Assembly (NCBI GenBank): GCA_049472335.1
Contig: JBLIRO010000054.1
Location: forward strand, 1-33,749
Origin: a bacterium
Lineage (GTDB): Bacteria; SZUA-182; DTGQ01; JAFGSM01
Length of the DNA: 33,749 nucleotides
Direction: 5' to 3'
Numbering within the stretch: the first letter of the stretch is position 1; every line of letters begins with the position of its first letter. This document shows positions 28,360-33,749 of the stretch, one piece after another. A model generated the notes under the pieces. That model worked only from the letters and a program-made list of their open reading frames with translations. It had not been told where the DNA came from and did no database searches. The position numbers and the translations under genes are program-made.

Positions 28360-28903
28360 CCTTTCCTCCTCCCTCCCCCTCCGAAACCATTATTTTTATA
28401 TAAAACACCATTACTAAAGCAATTAAGGCGATCGCTATTCCAAACATGAGAGTCCCTTTGGGATCATGCCATTCAAGGATATGTTCTAAAAAAGTAACCC
28501 CCATTATGGTTATGAGAATGCCAACCAATTTTTCCTTTAATTGATTGACATTGTTTATGGAAAGCCATTCAGGGACCCTTATATCCTTCCAGAACAAAAG
28601 ATAAAGCCCGATGGCTGATATAAAGAGAATCACCGCAATCAGATTGATCTCGAGTATTTGACAGATTACCGCATCAAAATTGTGGGGAACCTCGAAATGC
28701 TGCCAATGGATATCCCTGATTAAAAATAAGACAAAGTGGACCACTCCCATCAGAAATGTCACTATGGAGGTTATAGCCAGGGCTAAAACACCGACGATGA
28801 TAAACCACATATTAATATTGAGCAATCTTTTGGCTATTCCCCTAAAAGAGATTATTGTCGCTTTGTCTTTTTTTGTTAGCTCACCTTCCCTATCCATAAC
28901 CAT
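28346..28903 (-). CDS. YqhA / UPF0114 family membrane protein
   Basis: LIAVILFISAIGLYLLF...PEWLSI..VNQLKEKL..ILITIMGVTFLE; about 4 TM; ATG at 28903 follows AGGAG (alternative TTG at 28948); 14-bp overlap with the next gene. Confidence 0.85.
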   Translation of the reverse strand: MVMDREGELTKKDKATIISFRGIAKRLLNINMWFIIVGVLALAITSIVTFLMGVVHFVLFLIRDIHWQHFEVPHNFDAVICQILEINLIAVILFISAIGLYLLFWKDIRVPEWLSINNVNQLKEKLVGILITIMGVTFLEHILEWHDPKGTLMFGIAIALIALVMVFYIKIMVSEGEGGGKDEHP

Positions 28904-29155
28904 ATTCTGCTCCTGTTCATCATGAGTTGAGGGCCTAAAAAGTGCCAAAGTTTCAAGTGTCTAAAATACTAAAGTTAATGGTTTTGCATAAAGTCGTTTC
29001 ATCACACGGGGGCCTTTATTGCCGTCTGTCATCACATACAACACAGCCTCATAATCCTTTTTTTAGATAATTAAAATCTTGGATCGGCAAAAGCTAGTTT
29101 AGCCTATTGTCTTTGATAGGATACCTATTCAAACATCCGATTCTATACAACAATC

Positions 29156-29172
29156 TGCAATTGACATGCCAG
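29156..29172 (-). promoter_or_regulatory. sigma54 -24/-12 promoter
   Basis: Minus strand CTGGCATGTCAATTGCA, with exact GG-N10-GC spacing. Confidence 0.75.
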
Positions 29173-29195
29173 CAAAAAAGCGGGCCAACCTTTTA

Positions 29196-29208
29196 TAACT
29201 AATTGATA
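29196..29208 (-). promoter_or_regulatory. IHF binding site
   Basis: Minus strand TATCAA-TTAG-TTA matches WATCAANNNNTTR, just upstream of the -24 element. Confidence 0.65.
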
Positions 29209-29275
29209 TATAAGAGCATTCTGCCAAAATAGAAAATCTTTTCGTTTGATGTCTATCAGGTATGTTTGTTAATTT

Positions 29276-29294
29276 TTTTTACAGATTGTAAAAA
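29276..29294. promoter_or_regulatory. Candidate enhancer (bEBP upstream activating sequence)
   Basis: Perfect palindrome tttttaca-gat-tgtaaaaa about 105 bp upstream of the -24 element; extra half-site ttttacag at 29303-29310. Confidence 0.5.
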
Positions 29295-29349
29295 TTATTT
29301 TCTTTTACAGGTTTGTTCTGTAGCTAGTGAATAGGATGTGCCGGAAGCA

Positions 29350-30582
29350 TTACCTAACATCAACCCTTCTGACCCCGTTGGGCCTCCAACTGGGGGAGAT
29401 AATCCGTGATCCTTTTGTGTGATAAAGCAGAAGATCACCCCATATGATGGTATTCTCGCCGAAACGGTTGTTTATCCGGTCCATGAGCCCGCAGGCCTGC
29501 TCCAGTCGGTGAGACCGGTTAAAAAGGTAAAGCTGCCTGGCCCTGAGGGAGAGGTTGGACAGGGATATACCCAAAAGACGCACCGGCTGCCGGAGGCGGA
29601 TGCCCGACAGGATCCCCCCGGCCAACTGCCAGATCTCATGGGTGCCGTTTATGGCCCGGCTTATGGTCTTTCTTGTGGTGAACGTCTGAAAATCTTTGTA
29701 ACGAATGGTCAGGGCCACTGTCCTTCCCGCTAGGCCGTGCGCCCTCGCCCTGCTTCCAACCATATGGGAAAGCTGAAGAAGATAGCGCAGGATATCGGAG
29801 CTGTCGCTCAGGTCTTTCTCCAGGGTCATACTATGGCCCACTGACTTTACCTCCGGTTCCTCCCCTATGGGGATCACAGGGCTGTCATCCCTTCCCTGCC
29901 CCATTGCCTGAAGCCTTTCACCTATGATCCCGTATCGCCGGGTCAAAATATCCACAGGCATTCTCCCAAGTTGCCCACATGTTCTTATTCCCAAGTGGCT
30001 AAGGGAGCGGGCCATTCGATGACCTATGCCGCACAGCTCCTCTACCGGCAAGTCCTCCATCAATGCCGGCACATCCTGAGGGTTGACCCTGAAAATCCCG
30101 TCCGGTTTTCTCATGCCGCTGGCCAGCTTGGAAAGAAGCTTGTTCGGGCCGATTCCTATGGAGCAGGTTAGTCCCAGATCGTTTTGTATGGATGACTTTA
30201 TTCCCCCGGCTATTGCCTCCGGGCTTTCAAAAAGGGGAATCGAGCCGGTAACGTCCAGGAATGCCTCGTCAATGGAATAGACCTCTACAATGGGGGTGAA
30301 TCCCTGAAAAATCTTAACAATTCGGCACGAGGTGTCTATATACTTCCGGTTGTCCCCTATCACCAGGTGGATCGCGGGGCACCTCTTCCGTGCCTCGTAT
30401 ATGGTCATCCCTGTCTTGACGCCATATTTGCGGGCCTGATACGAAGAGGTTGTAATCACTGTCCTTGTACCGGAGCCTATCACAGCCACGGGTTTGTCCC
30501 TCAGGCCCGGCCTGCACCGTTGCTCTACGGAGGCAAAAAAGGCATCCATATCGATGTGTAAAATAATACGCCGGCCTTCCAT
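29350..30582 (-). CDS. dinB: DNA polymerase IV (Y family)
   Basis: HIDMDAFFASVE, SYQARKYGV, SIDEAFLD; clamp-binding-like QLYLF; C-terminal DRINNRFG. Confidence 0.95.
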   Translation of the reverse strand: MEGRRIILHIDMDAFFASVEQRCRPGLRDKPVAVIGSGTRTVITTSSYQARKYGVKTGMTIYEARKRCPAIHLVIGDNRKYIDTSCRIVKIFQGFTPIVEVYSIDEAFLDVTGSIPLFESPEAIAGGIKSSIQNDLGLTCSIGIGPNKLLSKLASGMRKPDGIFRVNPQDVPALMEDLPVEELCGIGHRMARSLSHLGIRTCGQLGRMPVDILTRRYGIIGERLQAMGQGRDDSPVIPIGEEPEVKSVGHSMTLEKDLSDSSDILRYLLQLSHMVGSRARAHGLAGRTVALTIRYKDFQTFTTRKTISRAINGTHEIWQLAGGILSGIRLRQPVRLLGISLSNLSLRARQLYLFNRSHRLEQACGLMDRINNRFGENTIIWGDLLLYHTKGSRIISPSWRPNGVRRVDVR

Positions 30583-30588
30583 CCGTTC

Positions 30589-30840
30589 TTATCCTCCGTC
30601 CTCCAGGGCCACCAGTCGCCAAGTCATTGCATCCCTGTGATAGGAGATATGATACAGGTTTGCCCCGTCGAACACGGCAAAATTCTGAATCCAGGAACTC
30701 CCTTCCTTCTGGTCCCAGGTATAGGTTACCTGCTTTATGTTGTGCCTTCTACCCTTCCAGATGAACCAGGCAGGCCTGATCCTTTCCGGAGGGCCAAATA
30801 CGGCTCCCACCCGTATGGGTTGATCGATCTGAGTAATCAT
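30589..30840 (-). CDS. Small conserved-looking protein (DUF6504 / ImuB C-terminal-like)
   Basis: RPAWFIWKGRRHNIKQVTYTW...YHISY....WRL; ATG at 30840 follows GAGGAGG; ends 6 bp before dinB. Confidence 0.75.
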   Translation of the reverse strand: MITQIDQPIRVGAVFGPPERIRPAWFIWKGRRHNIKQVTYTWDQKEGSSWIQNFAVFDGANLYHISYHRDAMTWRLVALEDGG

Positions 30841-30959
30841 TGAAACGGTGGTCCTCCTCACCTTATTTAATTTCAATATGTTTTTGTCTCATTAAATTAA
30901 ATTATAAAACAACAGAGAAGCATAAAAAGGTCAATCCCGGCGGTGAAGCTTACCCGCTA

Positions 30960-31589
30960 TTAATCCCTTTCATAGCGGCGAAATACGGCGATGAGTTTTC
31001 CCAGGATGGTTACAGGGCTTTCCGGTGTAATTATAATGGGCTTCATCCTAGGGTTAGCCGGTTTCAGGATGACCCGGTCCCTCTGTCTGTAAAATTTCTT
31101 CAGTGTCGCCTCTTCACGGATCAGGGCCGCTACAATATCCCCGTTTTCCGCAGTAGGCTGTGACCGGATCAGGGCATAATCCCCCTCCTGGATGTGGGCA
31201 TCTATCATGCTGTCTCCCTCCACCTTGAGGAAGAATAGATCCTTTCCCTTTGCCAGGTAAGGATCTACAGGGATTTCTCCCTCCAGGTTCTCAACCGCCA
31301 GGATCGGCATCCCCGCCCTTATCTTCCCCACTACCGGCACCATAAAATTTTCCTCCTGCGCCTTCCGCGCAGGGGCCCCAATAATCTCAATTGCCCTGGA
31401 ACTTCCGGAAAGGCGACGAATGTGGCCCTTCCGTTCCAAAATGTCTAGAAACTTTTTGGCCCCCTTGGGCCCGGAGATCCCCAGATGAGCGCCTATCTCC
31501 CTCACTGTGGGGGGATAGCCCTTGGAACGGACATGCTCTATAAGGAAATCCAGTACTTCTCGCTGTCTTGGGGTTAAAGATTCAGTCAT
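30960..31589 (-). CDS. lexA: LexA repressor
   Basis: LTPRQ..., GYPPTVREI, Ala-Gly cleavage site (IRAGMP), GDSM (Ser), ATLKK (Lys); ATG at 31589 follows GGAGGA. Confidence 0.95.
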   Translation of the reverse strand: MTESLTPRQREVLDFLIEHVRSKGYPPTVREIGAHLGISGPKGAKKFLDILERKGHIRRLSGSSRAIEIIGAPARKAQEENFMVPVVGKIRAGMPILAVENLEGEIPVDPYLAKGKDLFFLKVEGDSMIDAHIQEGDYALIRSQPTAENGDIVAALIREEATLKKFYRQRDRVILKPANPRMKPIIITPESPVTILGKLIAVFRRYERD

Positions 31590-31605
31590 GGCTTCCTCCA
31601 AAGGA

Positions 31606-31659
31606 CAAACATTTGTTACCCTAAATATATATATTACCTACAAAATTCGAAAATGTCAA
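31606..31659 (-). promoter_or_regulatory. lexA promoter with candidate SOS box
   Basis: TTGACA (31654-31659)-N17-TAATAT (31631-31636); downstream GTAAC-AAAT-GTTTG (31606-31619). Confidence 0.65.
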
Positions 31660-31687
31660 GAGGAGAAAAAGGTGTTCCGTTAAATTT

Positions 31688-32758
31688 TTAAAATAGCGTG
31701 TTCAGCCGTTTTAAAGCATCCAGCTTTTCTGTTCTTCCAATCTTTGATTGATCAATGGCTTTTCTGAGAAAATCGATTGATAGATCATAGTTCTTACGGT
31801 CAACGGGGAACGGATGTCCGTCCTTTCCTCCATGCGCAAAGCTGAACCTGACAGGATCCCTGAAGCTCGCCTTGGCCCCGAACAGAAGCTCTGAAACGAG
31901 GGTCAAAGAGCGGAGAGTCTTTGGCCCCACCCCTCTTATGCCTAATAAAGAGGCAAAATCCCGGGGTTGCTGTTCATAGGTGGAAAGCAGGATCTTCTTC
32001 AACCGGTCAGGATTGATGAGGTCAAGATGCACAGGATGTTTCATGGGAAGGGTAAATTCCGACCGGACCTTTTTAAATTCCTTCAGGACATTATCCGGCT
32101 TTTCCCGTGAAAGTGCCGTACTTGCCTCCCTCGCTTTATCACTTTCCCTGGCAACCATATTCAATACCTTACCCGTATGGTCACAACATACCGCTGCATG
32201 CGGTTCGCATACAAAGTCCTTAACATCACTCCCCAGCCAGTGATAACGCCTCGCGTATCGGCTAGTTTCATTCATCCCCTGCTGAATTACCGCCCAATTT
32301 CCTTCATGGGTGAATATCATATTGTGATGATATAACTGATATCCATCCTGCAATGCAGTGTTATCCACTTTGGCTGACATCCTGCTGGCATATATCAATG
32401 GTGAAGCATCCATCCCAATTAAATCGCCAAACTGTTGTATCTCCTCAGGGGTTTTGCGTGAGACCCTGCCCTTCCCCCCTGTAACATAAAGCCCCGTTTC
32501 CTTCTGAAGCCCCTTGATCCCCTCTTTCAAAGCCCCGCATACGGTTGTTGTAAGTCCGCTGCTGTGCCAATCGAAACCCAAAACACAACCAAATGCCTGA
32601 AACCAGAATGGATCGGAAAGACGAACAAGCATCTCTTGAGGGCCATATTCAGATACAACGGCAAGGGTTATCTCCCTTGCCAGAAGCTTCATTCGCTTGA
32701 ACAACCAGGCCGGGGCCTTTCCATAGTGTAAAGGCAAATTTGCTATTCCGGTTCTCAT
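31688..32758 (-). CDS. DUF763 domain protein
   Basis: G.ANLPLHYGKAP.WL, DPFWFQAFGCVLGFDWHSSGLTT, FSFAHGGKDGHPFPV; HhH-like GVGPKT. Confidence 0.92.
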   Translation of the reverse strand: MRTGIANLPLHYGKAPAWLFKRMKLLAREITLAVVSEYGPQEMLVRLSDPFWFQAFGCVLGFDWHSSGLTTTVCGALKEGIKGLQKETGLYVTGGKGRVSRKTPEEIQQFGDLIGMDASPLIYASRMSAKVDNTALQDGYQLYHHNMIFTHEGNWAVIQQGMNETSRYARRYHWLGSDVKDFVCEPHAAVCCDHTGKVLNMVARESDKAREASTALSREKPDNVLKEFKKVRSEFTLPMKHPVHLDLINPDRLKKILLSTYEQQPRDFASLLGIRGVGPKTLRSLTLVSELLFGAKASFRDPVRFSFAHGGKDGHPFPVDRKNYDLSIDFLRKAIDQSKIGRTEKLDALKRLNTLF

Positions 32759-33260
32759 ATTAAAGGATCCGATCCCACTTAAAATCCAGCAAAGAACTAA
32801 AATATTACAAAAAAAATTAAGGACACTAGATAAAAATATATTGAATAAACTATTTGTATATATTATGACCTACCTTTTTGATTCATGCAACATCGAAAAT
32901 TTTATACCAACAATTCTTGTATAAAATAAATGACAAAAACATAATACATCAACCAGGCTTATCATCATATAGAAATATAACTTGTTGTGATTATTACAAT
33001 TATTGTGTTGATATGCAAAGAAGAAAAAAGAAATGTTTTTTACCATAGTATCTATGAAATTAAATAGTTTTATGGATATAAAATGAATTAATTCTATCAA
33101 TATAATAACGAAAAAACATCTTATAAATCAATACTTTTTAATCATTCTATTCCATTATTACTCAAAGGATACCTAATCCACAGAACCTTGCCTTAATTGT
33201 CTTATCTTCTTTTTTACTCTCTGATTCAAACAACATATTGTTTTAAAAGAAAAATCTGAA

Positions 33261-33277
33261 TTGGCATCCATTTTGCT
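33261..33277 (+). promoter_or_regulatory. sigma54 -24/-12 promoter
   Basis: TTGGCATCCATTTTGCT, with GG-N10-GC spacing. Confidence 0.6.
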
Positions 33278-33378
33278 CCCTAAGATTATGCGTTTATACC
33301 CAGGATTTTTTTGTCTAATATGAATGAAAAATGGGTTGCAAGACTGGTTAAATATTTTTTATTGTTGGAGGGAAGGGC

Positions 33379-33474
33379 ATGAGAGCTGATAAGATAAACA
33401 AAATCTTTTTAGGTATCCTTTTAATTTCTGTAATACTATTATTATCTCTGTCAATGACCTGTGTTTGGGATTAG
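33379..33474 (+). pseudogene. 31-aa signal-peptide-like ORF (truncated secreted gene or small membrane protein)
   Basis: GGAGG RBS; MRADKINKIFLGILLISVILLLSLSMTCVWD*. Confidence 0.45.
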
Positions 33475-33538
33475 TAGGCATATTTTAGGCATTTTCGAAA
33501 ATCATTTCTAATAATTTCAATATGTTATTTTTTTCTGA

Positions 33539-33749
33539 CCTCAAAAGTGGTAGGCACACGATATATATTTTATAACTTGACATGATTGCATATACATGTT
33601 ATAAATGTAAGCAATCATGTATCTGAGAACAACAAGAAGAAAAAATAAAGATGGCTCCATTATTGAGTACTTTCAATTAGCTCATAATGAACGTGATCCT
33701 ATTACCAAAAGGCCGATTGCAAAAATAATTCACAGCTTTGGACGCTCAG
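33539..33749 (+). mobile_element. IS1634-family insertion sequence, left end (boundary approximate, truncated by the window)
   Basis: Transposase N-terminus with its own promoter TTGACA-N17-TATAAA (33577-33605); putative end cctcaaaagtggtaggcacacg. Confidence 0.75.
33617..33749 (+). CDS. IS1634-family transposase, N-terminal part
   Basis: MYLRTTRRKNKDGSIIEYFQLAHNERDPITKRPIAKIIHSFGRS..., open to the window end. Confidence 0.82.
   Translation, partial: MYLRTTRRKNKDGSIIEYFQLAHNERDPITKRPIAKIIHSFGRS

Noticed and set aside
9964..32243. Numerous plus-strand ORFs of 60-180 aa opposite the protease, ABC, PRTase, STAND, dinB, lexA and DUF763 genes
   Set aside because: They overlap well-supported genes on the other strand and lack motifs.
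32870..33100. 76-aa minus-strand ORF
   Set aside because: Very AT-rich, low-complexity translation with a TTG start; likely spurious.

Overview
Bacterial window; lineage cannot be assigned from sequence alone. (1) 1-9520 is a rearranged accessory locus. It holds two paralogous copies and two relics of a large secreted-protein gene (NHL repeat, C13-like pseudo-peptidase, PPC-like and carboxypeptidase-regulatory-like domains, shared C-terminal domain). These are interleaved with minus-strand toxin-antitoxin/defence-type genes: AbiEi/AbiEii bracketed by a 41-bp direct repeat, HEPN-MNT plus a deleted duplicate, and a DUF4062/RecG-C-like gene. (2) 9525-21093 holds a membrane-anchored trypsin-like protease, a YbhG/F/S/R-like ABC exporter operon, purine salvage genes (PRTase, NCS2 permease) and lineage-specific secreted proteins. 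(3) 21945-29294 is the most unusual part: an overlapping three-gene operon of a YqhA/UPF0114 membrane protein, a 1759-aa double beta-propeller/HEAT/double STAND-like ATPase and a stand-alone STAND-like ATPase, behind a sigma54-IHF-enhancer-like promoter. (4) 29350-32758 is DUF763-lexA-small ORF-dinB, an SOS mutagenesis cassette. (5) The right edge is the start of an IS1634-family element. No rRNA, tRNA or CRISPR array was seen. All family calls are from motif recognition by eye, not database searches.
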